From Eledone cirrhosa (taxonomy: Eukaryota), in the NCBI GenBank assembly GCA_964016885.1, contig OZ024755.1:19344001-19408000 (forward strand): a stretch of DNA of 64,000 nucleotides. Reading direction: 5' to 3'. The notes below the pieces were generated by a model, which searched no databases, was not told the DNA's origin, and was given only the letters and a program-made list of their open reading frames with translations. The translations under genes and the position numbers were made by a program. Positions 1 through 62,361 of this stretch are shown in pieces. How positions within the stretch are numbered: position 1 is the stretch's first letter; each line of letters begins with the position of its first letter.

Positions 1-48315
<48,315 letters not shown>

Positions 48316-48769
48316 CTGAAGGTGTAAAAGAAAAGAATATAAACAAAATTATCAGGAAGATTATTTTGGGTTTGCAGTTCATACTTTTGAAAAGAAACAG
48401 CTTCAGTCAGAGACCCTTATCAGTTATCTGTTTTCAGAACATTTCACAGTTATTTGATAGTATTTTGTTTATCTTGCTCATATATGTAATTCTTTTGAAA
48501 AATTACAGTCATAAAACAAGCCAGAACTTGAAGTAATGACTGGAACAGATAGTAAACTATGTAAGAAATAGATACTTATTATATGTGACTTCAATTGTCA
48601 ACTCAATTTTATGTCATTGCCCTCTATATACTGAGAGGTGTTTCCAATCAATAAAATAGTCAAGTTTTCCTACCTTCTTTTGATGTTAGTAAAAAAATTA
48701 ATAATTAGCATTTGTGTAATCTTAACTGAAATATATATATATTAATATATATATATTTCAGTTAAGATT

Positions 48770-48807
<38 letters not shown>

Positions 48808-48810
<3 letters not shown>

Positions 48811-48938
48811 GGAACCAGTAAGACCCCGACAGCTGAGCTCAAGCCGTTTCGACGGCTAATTCTGGACTGAATTAATTCGTCCAGAATTAGCCGTCGAAAC
48901 GGCTTGAGCTCAGCTGTCGGGGTCTTACTGGTTCCTAT
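48808..48938. repeat. Near-perfect palindrome containing the 3' half of a hammerhead
   Basis: Arms about 60 bp; GAAAC-GGC-loop-GCT-GTC. Confidence 0.9.
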
Positions 48939-49014
48939 TACCCACTCTACTACCTCAAGTATTGAGTACTTTGGTGCGTTATGGTCCACCTGGTTCCTTA
49001 CCACATTTCCTCCG

Positions 49015-49051
<37 letters not shown>

Positions 49052-49054
<3 letters not shown>

Positions 49055-49593
49055 GGTGCGGACGATATCTGTTTGCAAGATTACTGTCTTTGAAAAAATA
49101 ACACAGTAGTTTTATTTTTTAAGATTTATTCATCAAACTTGGGTCAGTTTGTCTTCATGACTTGTTCTTTCGATCTCACTTGATAAACCTGCCATTGGCT
49201 TTGATGACAGCCTCAAGGCGGCCTCGGAACCGGCTACAAGCCTTCGTCACTGTCCCCCGACTTAGGCCCCTAAAGGCACTTGTGATCCTGGCCTTCAGAT
49301 CGTCTTTCGTATTGCAGCTAGATCTGTTGGTGTCTCGTTCCACTGCGCCCCACACAACGAAGTCGAGGGGGTTGCAGTCAGGCGAGCTGGGAGGCCAGAT
49401 GTCAGGTGAAGTGTGGTCGACGAAGTTCTCTGACAGCCAGGCTTGGGTCTTTCGGCTGGTATGGCAGGGCGCTGAGTCTTGCTGCCACACGCATGGCCTA
49501 CCAGCAGCTACCTGGTCGATCCAGGGCTTTACTACCTCACTCAGAACGTGGATGTAGCCATCGGTGTTCAGCTTGAGGCCTTCAGGGAGCAAG
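49052..49593 (-). mobile_element. Tc1/mariner DD37D (maT-like) transposase C-terminal fragment with terminal repeat
   Basis: WQQDSAPCHTS...WPPSSPDCNPLD with 37 residues between the last two Asp; terminus CAGGGTG next to TA. Confidence 0.85.
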
Positions 49594-49788
49594 ACGAGGT
49601 CAGCCGACCAACTACTGCCCACAAGAGGACAACCTGTCTAACCCATGCTAGCGTGGAAGAATGGATGTAAAACTGTGATGATGATGATATATATATATAT
49701 ATAGAAATATATATATATATATGTATATAGATATATATATATAATAATCCAAGAACGATTTGTTAAGCCTTCATAACATTTATTGGTT

Positions 49789-49881
49789 GGTGACATGTTT
49801 CACTACGGATCAGCTCAAGGTTCGATCTGTATCGATCTGTATCGATCTGTATCGACTCTAGAATCAAAAGCTCATCAGACC
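49789..49881 (-). ncRNA. Type I hammerhead ribozyme-like motif (Penelope-type, minimal stem III)
   Basis: GGT-CTGATGA-GC...GT-GAAAC-AT-GTC-ACC followed by AATAAA. Confidence 0.7.
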
Positions 49882-50499
49882 TCTGCTGTTGTAATGACAG
49901 AATGAACCTGTATATATATATATATGACTAATTCAATTTGCATAAATGCATGTTAATTAGACTTTTGTCATTCTTTTTAGAAAATAAAGTTTTAGGTATT
50001 TAGTGCAATGTACTTTTAACATATTTGATATTTTTATAAAGAATGGTGCCGCTATCTAAAGTAAAATATAGATTTTCAAGGAAGTATTAAGACTGGTGAG
50101 AAAAATACTTTTATGGGTGTTTGTGAGAACTTTTTTGTATTAAGAATTGATTTTGTATTCTTAATTCTCATTGATTTCACTAAACATAGGTTCAATGACA
50201 TAGGGCAGAGTTTTGGGCTGAACTAGCCAGAACATATGAAGTAAGTGGAGCATGTTATTGGGACACTAGAGTATCAAAACAGATATCTTATTGAAAATAC
50301 ATTAGTATATCTTATTGAAAATGCATTAGTATTTCACTGTCATGAGTTCGAATCCAGTGAGGGATTGCTTGGCATAAATAATGATTTCTGATTTTGGCAC
50401 AAGGCCAACAATTTTGGGGGAGGGGAAAGTTGATTATATTGACTCCAGTGCATTACTGGTACTTTATTTTATTGACCCCGTAAGGATGAAATGTAAAGT

Positions 50500-51025
50500 T
50501 TCCTGCGGCTGTTTGCTGCTTGCTGTCCCAGCACAGCTGCTACATGTGAAGCCTACATTCTTAGTTAAGCTTGCTGAGATCCCGCTACATTTCTTGTGAA
50601 CCCATTGTTTGCATTTGGGGCAGAGAATGGAGTTCCTACCTACACCTTTCCTACATACTGAGCAAGGCCATTTCCCTGAGGGGATCTGGGTTCTGTTTCT
50701 CATCTACTTACAAGGACCCTAGTCTTTGTCAGGTTGACTTTGAGACCCTTTCTTTCTAGTCCCTGCTTCCAAGTTTGGAATTTCTTCTCTAGTTCTACCA
50801 TTGATTCAGCTATAAGTGCGAGGTCATCTGCATACAGGAGTTCCCATGGGCATCCGGTCTTAAACTCCTTTGTTATTGCCTGCAGAACTATGATGAACAG
50901 GAGAGGGCTCAGAACAGAGCCCTGGTGGACACCGACCTGTATGCTAAATTCCTCGCTATAGTCATTGCTAATCCTAACTTTGCTGACTGCTCCCCTATAT
51001 ATGGCTTGAACAGCTTATATGCATG
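50500..51025 (-). mobile_element. RTE-like LINE reverse transcriptase fragment
   Basis: GVHQGSVLSPLLF...LLYADDLAL followed by CSVC...CPKC...HKKC. Confidence 0.85.
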
Positions 51026-51989
51026 TAATATCTTGACACACATCCCTATCCCAAATGGCTATACATCACCCTACACCAAGAACAGCAATAGTAATACACA
51101 AACAATACATTAGGTCTATAATGGACTATGTCAACTTCCTTTTGCCTTTGATCTCTACACTACAAAACCAACGACAATAATACATAAAGTACATATAGCA
51201 GTGTGCTGTAAATCATCACAAGTTATACAGGTTGAACTCAGAGATAGTCATAAATAACTCCCCACCCCCACACAAAATGCTTGTTGTAAACATGTGTACC
51301 ACCTGCTCAATTTGTTTTGTCTAAAAATATATTTAAGTACCTCACAAATATATATACTCCTAATTATAAAATACTTCTGACTCTGTAACATGTGCTAAAC
51401 TTGTGCTGCAGATGTCATTTGAAAAGACTAACAGCAACAGGAAGACTGTTCTTCTATTCATTTTTAGCTGACATCCTCCTCCTATTTTCATTGATTGCCA
51501 TTACTGAGAGCTGTTGTAATGTATCTGAGTTCATCCTAATTCTTATGGCATTAATTGGTTGAAAAAGATATATTTCCCACGGGGTAAAGCATCAACCTTT
51601 TCCCAGGATTTTCTAATGGAAGATTTTAGTTTAAAATATGGCAAACTAACGAAATACATGCCAATTATACAGTGCTTTCACAGTTTAAAGCTGTGAACTG
51701 ATTCTCGCTGTACCAACTATTTATAGTTACAGGAATTGTGCCATATCAAATGTCAAGGGTATTTGTCAGCAACACACACAGTATAGATACTTTTAGGTTT
51801 GGAAATTCTAACATCCTTTTGATTTAGCAAATTGAATTTCTAGTACATTTAACATTGAAACAAAATTGAACTGTATTAACACTTTGAGGATACAAGAATG
51901 AGAGAGCATATGTAAGATGAGAGCAAACATGGAGGACAGAGAACATCATGTTAGGTGAGAGAGAGAGAGAGAGAATACATGGTTGTCAG

Positions 51990-52505
51990 AGGACAAACAA
52001 GGTGAGAGCATTCATGGAGGACAGAATACATGTAGGGTGAGAGCATTCATGGAGGACAGAATACATGTAGGATGGGAGAATAAATAGAGGACAGAATACA
52101 TGTAAGGTGTGAGAATAAATAGAGGACAGAATACATGTAAGGTGTGAGAATACATGGAGGACAGAATACATGTAAGGTGTGAGAATAAATAGAGGACAGA
52201 ATACATGTAAGGTGTGAGAATACATGGAGGACAGAATACATGTAGGGTGGGAGAATAAATAGAGGACAGAATACATGTAGAGTGTGAGAATAAATAGAGG
52301 ACAGAATACATGTAGGGTGGGAGAATACATTGAGGACAGAATACATGCAAGGTGTGAGAATACATGGAGGACAGAATACATGTGGGGTGTGAGAATACAT
52401 TGAGGACAGAACACATGTAGGGTGGGAGAATACATTGAGGACAGAACACATGTAGCATGTGAGAATATATGGAAGACAGAACACATGTGGGAGAAAATAC
52501 AGAAC
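51990..52505. repeat. 35-bp minisatellite
   Basis: Unit GAGAATA(A/C)AT(A/G)GAGGACAGAATACATGTAAGGTGT. Confidence 0.92.
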
Positions 52506-52609
52506 ATAAGAGAAACTGGCTGTAGGGTGCAAGAGAGACAATTGAACTGATATAATCACGTGATGCATAAGGTGTGCAATAGTTGTATAAAAAAGTACAA
52601 AGTACTTGA

Positions 52610-54045
52610 AGTAGATGGAGATCAAGGAAGACTTAAGATGAAGTCTGAAGAAGATGAAGACCAGGGATACATAAGATGAAGTCCGCAGAAGATGGAGATC
52701 AGGGAAGACATAAGGTGAAGTCTAGGAAGATGGAGACCAGGGATGACATAAGGTGAAGTCTAGGAAGATGGAGATCAGGGAAGACATAAGGTGAAGTCTA
52801 GGAAGATGGAGATCAGGGAAGACATAAGGTGAAGTCTAGGAAGATGGAGACCAGGGATGACATAAGGTGAAGTCTAGGAAGATGGAGACCAGGTATGACA
52901 TAAGGTGAAGTCTAGGAAGATGGAGACCAGGGAAGACATAAGGTGAAGTCTAGGAAGATGGAGACCAGGGATGACATAAGGTGAAGTCTAGGAAGATGGA
53001 GACCAGGGATGACATAAGGTGAAGTCTAGGAAGATGGAGATCAGAGAAGACATAAGGTGAAGTCTAGGAAGATGGAGACCAGGGATGACATAAGGTGAAG
53101 TCTAGGAAGATGGAGACCAGGTATGACATAAGGTGAAGTCTAGGAAGATGGAGATCAGGGAAGACATAAGGTGAAGTCTAGGAAGATGGAGATCAGGGAA
53201 GACATAAGGTGAAGTCTAGGAAGATGGAGACCAGGGAAGACATAAGGTGAAGTCTAGGAAGATGGAGACCAGGGATGACATAAGGTGAAGTCTAGGAAGA
53301 TGGAGATCAGGGAAGACATAAGGTGAAGTCTAGGAAGATGGAGACCAGGGATGACATAAGGTGAAGTCTAGGAAGATGGAGACCAGGTATGACATAAGGT
53401 GAAGTCTAGGAAGATGGAGACCAGGGAAGACATAAGGTGAAGTCTAGGAAGATGGAGACCAGGGATGACATAAGGTGAAGTCTAGGAAGATGGAGACCAG
53501 GGATGACATAAGGTGAAGTCTAGGAAGATGGAGACCAGGGATGACATAAGGTGAAGTCTAGGAAGATGGAGACCAGGGATGACATAAGGTGAAGTCTAGG
53601 AAGATGGAGATCAGAGAAGACATAAGGTGAAGTCTAGGAAGATGGAGACCAGGTATGACATAAGGTGAAGTCTAGGAAGATGGAGATCAGAGAAGACATA
53701 AGGTGAAGTCTAGGAAGATGGAGACCAGGTATGACATAAGGTGAAGTCTAGGAAGATGGAGATCAGGGAAGACATAAGGTGAAGTCTAGGAAGATGGAGA
53801 TCAGGGAAGACATAAGGTGAAGTCTAGGAAGATGGAGACCAGGGAAGACATAAGGTGAAGTCTAGGAAGATGGAGACCAGGGATGACATAAGGTGAAGTC
53901 TAGGAAGATGGAGATCAGAGAAGACATAAGGTGAAGTCTAGGAAGATGGAGACCAGGGATGACATAAGGTGAAGTCTAGGAAGATGGAGACCAGGGATGA
54001 CATAAGGTGAAGTCTAGGAAGATGGACACCAGGAATGACATAAGA
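52610..54045. repeat. 38-bp minisatellite
   Basis: Unit GACATAAGGTGAAGTCTAGGAAGATGGAGACCAGGGAT. Confidence 0.97.
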
Positions 54046-54109
54046 CAAAGACCAAGGAAGACATAGGAGGAAGTTGTGATGAATGGCCTAAAACAATTAA
54101 ACCTCATGA

Positions 54110-54578
54110 AAGAGATAACACAAGACTGAGCTGACTGGTGATATGACATAATACAAAAGACCTGTCCTCCAGTAGAAGTGTTGTGACAGAGATGACACAG
54201 GACTGAGTTGACTGGTGATATGACAATACAAAAAACCTGTTGTCCACCAGTACCAACACTGTGACAGAGATAACATAGGACTGAGCTGACTGGTGATATG
54301 ACATAATACAAAAGACATGTATACCAGTACCAACACTGTCTGTGACAGAGATGACATAGGACTGAGTTGTCTGGTGATATGTCATAATGCAAAAGACCTG
54401 TCCTCCAATATAAGTTCTGTGACAGAGATAACACAGGCTGATTTGACTGGTGATATGATGTAGTACAAATGACCTGTCCACCAGTACCAACACTGTGACA
54501 GAGATGACACAGGACTGAACTGTCTGGCGATATGTCATGATACAAAAGACCTGTCAACCAGTACAAACACTGTGACAC
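54110..54578. repeat. About 78-bp diverged tandem repeat x6
   Basis: Direct inspection. Confidence 0.85.
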
Positions 54579-55709
54579 TAAAAGTAAAGAGTGGTAAGAG
54601 ACCAATGGCTACAGTGTTGGTGATGGAACAGAGATAATAAATTGGTTTGAGAAAACTCTTCTGTCTGGATTAGCATGTAACAACCTCTCTAATGTTGCTG
54701 CCAAGATAAAACATATCATCATCATCACCACCATCATTATCACCATCAGCACTGTTTTATGTCCACTTTTCCAAGCTGTCATGGGTTGGATGAGTTCTTT
54801 CCTACACAGCACCTTTCCAATCATCTCACTCCTATATTTTTTTTTTGCTAATTACTTTTCTCTTTGCATTGATCTCCCCCACAAGATAATTGTTTCTACT
54901 TTAGGCACAAGGCCAGCAATTACCCAGTACATTACTGGTACTTTATTTTATCGACCCCGTAAGGATGAAAGGCAAAGTTAACCTCGGCGGGATTTGAACT
55001 CAGAATGGAAAGGGACATAACTATACCGAGATTTTATGTTAATTATTATCAACACAAAATATGGCGCTTATTTCTCATTTTACGTCTCATGACTGTAAAA
55101 AAATAATCCAGCAGCAACAGCAACAACAGCAGTAACATAAACAACAGCAACAACAGCAGAAGCAGCAAAAAAAACAAAAACAGCAGCATCAACAACAGCA
55201 ATAACATCAACATCAACAACAACATCAACAACAATGACGACAATAGTAGCAGTAGCAACAACAACAGCAGTAGCAACAACAACAACAACAACAGCAGCAA
55301 TAGCAACAGCAATAGACATAGCCTATATAAAAAGAGATAGATTCTGTTGAAATAAATATTCATAATATTTTTTTCTTTTTATCCTGTTAGTTTCATTTTC
55401 TAGTAGCAGACTTTCAGAATGAGCTAATCCAATTACAGAAAGTATCACCTGAGAAACTGGATTCTATGTTAACTCAACACAATACATAAAACAGCTCTGT
55501 CTTTTGAATAATCACCAACAGAAATGGAGAAAAAATAAACCAAATAAAAACCCAAAGATAAGATCCATTTATTGATCACACGAAGAAATATTTAATGGCA
55601 TCAGTGAAACGAAAGATAAGAAGCAATCAACTAAATACATAAAGATAATTTCGAGGATAGTTTATGGTTGTTGAATACATCAGAAGAAACTTAGGTCAAG
55701 GACTCCTTG

Positions 55710-56627
55710 ACTAGTAGTTACTATAGTAATTTCTACCAATTCTGTAGTTCTAGAATGATATATAACAACACTTTACTATAGTAGTTACTACAGTAATTTC
55801 TACCTATTCTGTAGTTCTAGAATGATATATAACAACACTTTACTATAGTAGTTACTACAGTAATTTCTACCAATTCTGTAGTTCTAGAATGATATATAAC
55901 AACACTTTACTATAGTAGTTACTACAGTAATTTCTACCAGTTCTGTAGTTCTAGAATGATATATAACAACACTTTACTATAGTAGTTACTACAGTAATTT
56001 CTACCAGTTCTGTAGTTCTAGAATGATATATAACAACACTTTACTATAGTAGTTACTACAGTAATTTCTACCAGTTCTGTAGTTCTAGAATGATATATAA
56101 CAACACTTTACTATAGTAGTTACTACAGTAATTTCTACCAGTTCTGTAGTTCTAGAATGATATATAACAACACTTTACTATAGTAGTTACTACAGTAATT
56201 TCTACCAGTTCTGTAGTTCTACAATGGTATATAACAACACTTTACTATAGTAGTTACTACAGTAATTTCTACCAGTTCTGTAGTTCTACAATGATATATA
56301 ACAACACTTTACTATAGTAGTTACTACAGTAATTTCTACCAGTTCTGTAGTTCTAGAATGATATATAACAACACTTTACTATAGTAGTTACTACAGTAAT
56401 TTCTACCAGTTCTGTAGTTCTAGAATGATATATAACAACACTTTACTATAGTAGTTACTACAGTAATTTCTACCAGTTCTGTAGTTCTAGAATGATATAT
56501 AACAACACTTTACTATAGTAGTTACTACAGTAATTTCTACCAGTTCTGTAGTTCTACAATGGTATATAACAACACTTTACTATAGTAATTTCTACCAGTT
56601 CTATAGTTCTAGAATGATATATAACAA
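55710..56627. repeat. 67-bp minisatellite
   Basis: Direct inspection. Confidence 0.95.
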
Positions 56628-56635
56628 TATATATA

Positions 56636-57155
56636 CCATATATGCCGGCGTACAAGTCGATACAGCGCATAGGTCGACCGCTAAAATTCTGAAGTGCAAT
56701 TCAGGTTAAGGCCTATATTCGCTGGATAAGATGACCCCCAAAAAATAAGGCAGTTGCAGGGGAATAATTCAAAAAATTTAGTGGCGTGCTAAAGGCTAAG
56801 ACATTCCTAAAACATTTCAGTTGCAAGTGAGTTCTAACTCAATGAGTAAACAAGCATAAGGAAAACTTAACGAACCTATGGTAGGCTACGGCAAGTCATT
56901 GATATTATTATAATCTGTACATTAAATAGACTTAACAAATATGAGATTCAGTAGGAAATAATTATGGTGGGCTGCTAGAGTTATGGTAAGTGGTGTACAA
57001 TGAGTGTTAGGCAGGCAGTTTCACTGTTTACCCCTCTGTTTACCCCGTGGTAAAGCTTCACATTTTATATTCGGCTGACAAGTCGAGCCCTGGCTTTGGG
57101 GAGATATTTTTAGACACCAAATGTCGACTTGTATACCGGCATATATATATATACA
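56636..57155. mobile_element. Tc1/mariner (Tc2-like) non-autonomous element
   Basis: TIR ATATATGCCGGCGTACAAGTCGA / TCGACTTGTATACCGGCATATAT in TA context. Confidence 0.65.
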
Positions 57156-57347
57156 GGAAAATAGTCAGGACCCCGATCACTGAGATCCGGCTGTTTCAAC
57201 AGTTAGATCCGAGTTCAGATCTAGCTGTCAAAATGGCTGGAGCTTAGCGACCAGGGTCCTGACTCTTTTCTTATTAGCCACTCTACTATAAGTATTGAGT
57301 ACTCTGGTACGTTATGGTCCACCTGGTATCTTACCACACCCTCTTTG

Positions 57348-57385
<38 letters not shown>

Positions 57386-57436
57386 CAAAGAGGGTGTGGT
57401 AAGATACCAGGTATATATTATATATATATATATATA

Positions 57437-57810
57437 ATAATTGTTTTGGCACAAGGCCAGCAATTATCAGTGCATTACTGGTACTTTATTTTATCGACCC
57501 CGTAAGGATGAAAGGCAAAGTTAACCTCGGCAGGATTTGAACTCAGAATGGCAAGGGCCGTAACTCTATGCGTCAAAGCATGGCGTCCGACCCTCTACCA
57601 ATACTGCCAATCCACCGCCCCTTTAATAATTGTTTCTACTTTTGGCACAAGGCCAGCAATTACCCAGTGCATTACTGGTACTTTATTCTATCGACCCCGG
57701 AAGGATGAAAGGCAAAGTTAACCTCGGCGGGATTTGAACTCAGATCATACAGGGAGGTAACTCTATGCTTCAAAGCATGGCATCCGACCCTCTACCGATA
57801 CTGCCAATCC
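57437..57810 (-). mobile_element. Two tandem SINE family 1 copies
   Basis: Sequence similarity to other copies. Confidence 0.88.
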
Positions 57811-58904
57811 AATGGTTGGTAATCTAATCAGCAAACATGACATGACTGGTATGAGACTCTAGTATTCTACACCTGTCAATTTACACTTTGCAAATGGTTA
57901 AATTAAAGGTCACTGCAGTGCTTCAAGTTTAGAAGCATCAAAGCATGCTTCTACACATTAGAATAATGTGTAGAATAAATTTGAATGATAGTGCATATGC
58001 ATAAAGAAACAGAAAGAAAGAATAGTTAAGTATTGTGTGAGTTGGTTGCTACATGTAAAAACAATTACTACATTGATGAGAAGATGTGATTAAAATAGAT
58101 GAAATGAACTGATTAAAAAATATTATGAATTGGTGACTGATAAGGAAGTATTAAATAAACTATTCATGAATTAGGTTAATTTTTAAGATAGATTTTTTTT
58201 GTTTTTAATGATCCAATTGCTAATAATTTAGTGATGAAGGTTTATGATCAACTATCTTCATGGTTATTATGTTTTAATTGATAAAAACTTAGAGAAGCAG
58301 CAGAATTGTTAGCACGTTGGGTTTATATTTTGTATCCTCATCATCATCAACATCATCTTTTAATGTCCATTTCCATGCTAGCATGGGTAAGCCATTTGCA
58401 GTCATGAGGTTGTAAGTTTGTTTTGTGCTGTTAAAAGGGTAGATGAACTCTTCAGAGTCTACAGCCATCACTCCAACTATGGGTTAAATAGCCCCACCAA
58501 CCTGCTATTGACCAAACATGACCAAAACTAAACAGAAAATGGTGAAGGTCACCCAGAGAGGGCTTCCTCTAACAGTAGTGAGATGGCCCTGGAATGGATT
58601 GGATTGGATTGGATTGGCTCAAGGACAAAATACATTGCCCGGTCTGGGAATCAAACTTGCAGCCTCATGATTGCGAATTCAATTCTCTAACCCCTAAGCC
58701 ACACACCTTCACATACAGAACTAATATAATAGACAACATTTTAGAAATACATGTATGATAATGAAAAGATTAAAGCTATTGATTAGCATGAAAGAATGAA
58801 ACCACTGGTACAAGGTTAGGTAAACAATATAGCAAATATAAAGAGTTGTTGAAAATTAAATGGGATTCAGAGGAAAAACAAAACAGTCTGTAACTATAGA
58901 TAAA

Positions 58905-61189
58905 AGGAGAGGGAGAGAGAGAGAGAGAGAGAGCATGTGAGTGTATGTTTGAGGGATGTGTGCGTGAGAGAGGGCGAGAGAGAGAAAGATTGTGTGAGTG
59001 TATTGTTAGAGGGATGCGTGCATGAGAGAGAGAGAGAGAGAGTGGGAGAGAGAGAGAGAGTGGGAGAGAGAGAGATAGTGGAAGAGAGAGAGAGAGCGGG
59101 AGAGAGCGGGAGAGAGAGAGAGAGAGAGAGAGCGGGAGAGAGAGAGAGAGAGAGAGCGGGAGAGAGAGAGAGAGAGAGAGCAGGAGAGAGAGAGAGAGAG
59201 AGAGTGGTGGAGAGAGAGAGAGAGAGAGAGAGAGTGTGGGGGAGAGAGAAAGAAAGAGAGTGAGAGAAATGGAGAGATTGTGTGAGTGTATTGTTAGAGT
59301 GATGCGTGCAGCATGACAGAGAGAGAGAGAAGGAGAAGGGGGAATTACTACTACTGGATAAGATAGAAGAAGAGAAAGAACTATGAGTTCAGTGGAATGG
59401 CAGAAAGCCAATTGTATGTAATATTGGAGTTAGCTTGTTTCTATATTTACAAGTCAGCACACTTCCATGAAATAGCTTGGCTTGTGTCGTCTTCTATTTG
59501 AAGGGGAAACATGAGTAGATAACTGTGTCAAAAGATCTAAGTTAAGAAAACATGATTTCACTGAGTACACCTGAGTGTGTGTGTGTGTTTGTATGTGTGT
59601 GAGTGTGTGACTGTGTGAGTGAGTGAGTGAGTGAGTGAGTGTGTTTTAGTATGATGTCTGTATGTGTTTGTGTGTGACTGTGTGAGTGAGTGAGTGAGTG
59701 AGTGTGTGTTTGAGTATGATGGCTGTATGTGTTTGTGTGAGTGTGTGACTGTGTGAGTGAGTGAGTGAGTGTGTGTGTTTGAGTATGATGTCTGTATGTG
59801 TGTGTGTGTGTGTGTGTATGTGCATCTCTGTGTAGATTTGAGTATGTGTGGTGTGTGTGTCTCACTGTGCATGTGAATGAGTGTGTGTGTGTCAGTGGAT
59901 GTGTGTGTGTGTGTGTGTGCGTGTCAGTGGATGTGTGTGTATGTTTGTGTGTGTGTGTGTCAGTGGATGTGTGCGTGTATGTTTGTGTGTATGTGTGTGT
60001 GTGTGTGTATGTGTGTGCGTGTCAGTGGATGTGTGTGTGTGTGTGTATGTTTGTGTGTATGTGTGTGTGTGTGTCAGCGGATGTGTGTGTGTGTGTATGT
60101 TTGTGTGTATGTGTGTATGTGTGTGTGTCAGTGGATGTGTGTGTATGTTTGTGATTATCTTTTTCATCTTTTATTTTTGCAAAGGGAGGTAAGAAAGATA
60201 TTGACTATAATGTATCCAATAAGAATTGAATGGTAAACATCACCATTATAGGAGGTGGTGTTGGTGGTGGTGGTGTTGGTGATGGTGGTGGTGATGGTGT
60301 TGTTGGTGATGGTGGTGGTGGTGGTGTTGGTGGTGGTGGTATTGGTGGTGTTGGTGGTGGTGGTGTTGGTGGTGGTGGTGGTGGTGGTGGTGGTGGTGGT
60401 GGTGGTGGTGGTGTTGGTGGTGGTGTTGGTGGTGGTGTTGGTGGTGTTGGTGGTGTTGGTGGTGGTGGTATTGGTGGTGTTGGTGATAGTGGTGGTGGTG
60501 GTGTTGGTGGTGTTGGTGTTGTTGTTGTTGGTGGTGGTGGTGGTGATGGTGATGTTGGTGTTGGTGATAGTGGTGGTGTTGGTGTTGGTGGTATTGGTGG
60601 TGTTGGTGGTGGTGGTGTTGGTGGTGGTGGTGGTGGTGGTGTTGGTGGTGTTGGTGTTGTTGTTGTTGGTGGTGGTGGTGGTGATGGTGATGGTGTTGGT
60701 GATAGTGGTGGTGTTGGTGTTGGTGGTGGTGGTATTGGTGGTGTTGGTGGTGGTGGTGTTGGTGGTGGTGGTGGTGGTGGTGGTGGTGGTGGTGTTGGTG
60801 GTGGTGGTGGTGTTGGTGGTGGTGGTGTTGGTGATGGTGGTGGTGTTGGTGGTGTTGGTGGTGGTGGTGATGGTGGTGGTGATGGTGGTGGTGGTATTGG
60901 TGGTGTTGGTGTTGTTGTTGTTGGTGGTGGTGGTGGTGATGGTGATGGTGGTGTTGGTGTTGGTGATAGTGGTGGTGTTGGTGTTGGTGGTGGTGGTGGT
61001 GTTGGTGATAGTGGTGGTGGTGATGGTGGTAGTGGCGGTGTTGGCAGTGGTGGTGAATGTGTTGTTGGTGATGGTGATGGTGTTGGGGCAGTCCTTGACA
61101 GTGTAACATAAACTGAAAGGGATAAGAAGTTATCAGGTTATAATCACACATATATAAATATATATGTGTGTGTGTGGCATGTATATAAG

Positions 61190-61239
<50 letters not shown>

Positions 61240-61272
61240 ATGTGTATGTGTGTGTGTGGCGTGTATATAAGT

Positions 61273-61304
<32 letters not shown>

Positions 61305-61357
61305 AAAATATATATATATGTATACATACACACACACACACACATATATCTATATAT

Positions 61358-61391
<34 letters not shown>

Positions 61392-61977
61392 CCCTCACTG
61401 TTCTACAGGCAAGTTCAGCCACCCCCACCTCTCACCCACTGCCATGATAGACTTAATTGTGTTTACAAGAAATTTTGACCAATCTTCTTGACAACTACAA
61501 TCTTCCCATATAAGGAGGTACCCCTAGAAAAGTTTGGCTATTTATTTACCAGGCTAAAAATTCTAATTTATTCCAGAAATAGCCGTCGAAACGGCTTGAA
61601 CTCTGCCGTCGGGGTCTTGAACATTTTCCTATTACCCACTCTACTACCCTAAGTATTGAGTACTCTGGTGCGTCATGGTCCATCTGGTTCCTTACCACAA
61701 CTCCGTTATATATATATATATACATATATATATAGACACACATATATAGACACACACACATACATATATATATATAGACACACAAACACATATATATATA
61801 TATATATAGACACACACACATATATAGACACACACATACACATATATATATATAGACACACACATATATATATATACACACACACACACACATATATATA
61901 TAGACAGACACACACACATATATATAGACACACACATATATATATATAGACACACACACACATATATATATATATAG

Positions 61978-62010
<33 letters not shown>

Positions 62011-62240
62011 TATAGACACACACACACACATATATATATACACACACACACACATATATATATAGACACACACACACACACATATATAGACACACACACA
62101 CATATACAGACACACATATATATATATAGACACACACATATATATATAGACACACACACACACATATATATAGACACACACACACACACATATATATAGA
62201 CACACACACACACACACATATATATAGACACACACACACA
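58905..62240. repeat. Block of (GA)n, (GT)n, (GGT)n and (TA/CA)n simple repeats
   Basis: Direct inspection. Confidence 0.93.
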
Positions 62241-62361
62241 GTTAAAGAAGGTCGTGTGCTATGTGGGTTATATTTGGGAGCCATACTGTGAGAGAATGAG
62301 GAAGTTTCATCTGGAGGTGTAAACTACTTTTCATGTTAATGTAATGGAGGATGGCAACAGG

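Noticed and set aside
48316-48382. Signal-peptide-like MNCKPKIIFLIILFIFFSFTP in frame with the first exon
   Set aside because: Coincides with the polypyrimidine tract and AG acceptor, so it is most simply intronic; a secreted isoform from this ATG cannot be excluded without transcript data.
51060-51215. Hydrophobic stretch as candidate transmembrane exon
   Set aside because: In-frame stops in the hydrophobic frames before any usable donor.
55049-55363. Poly-Leu ORF as the missing transmembrane exon
   Set aside because: Derived from (CAA/CAG)n repeat; no family similarity or suitable splice sites identified.
60230-61151. Gly-rich, His/Gln-rich and Val-rich ORFs
   Set aside because: (GGT)n microsatellite open in several frames; no splice or domain support.
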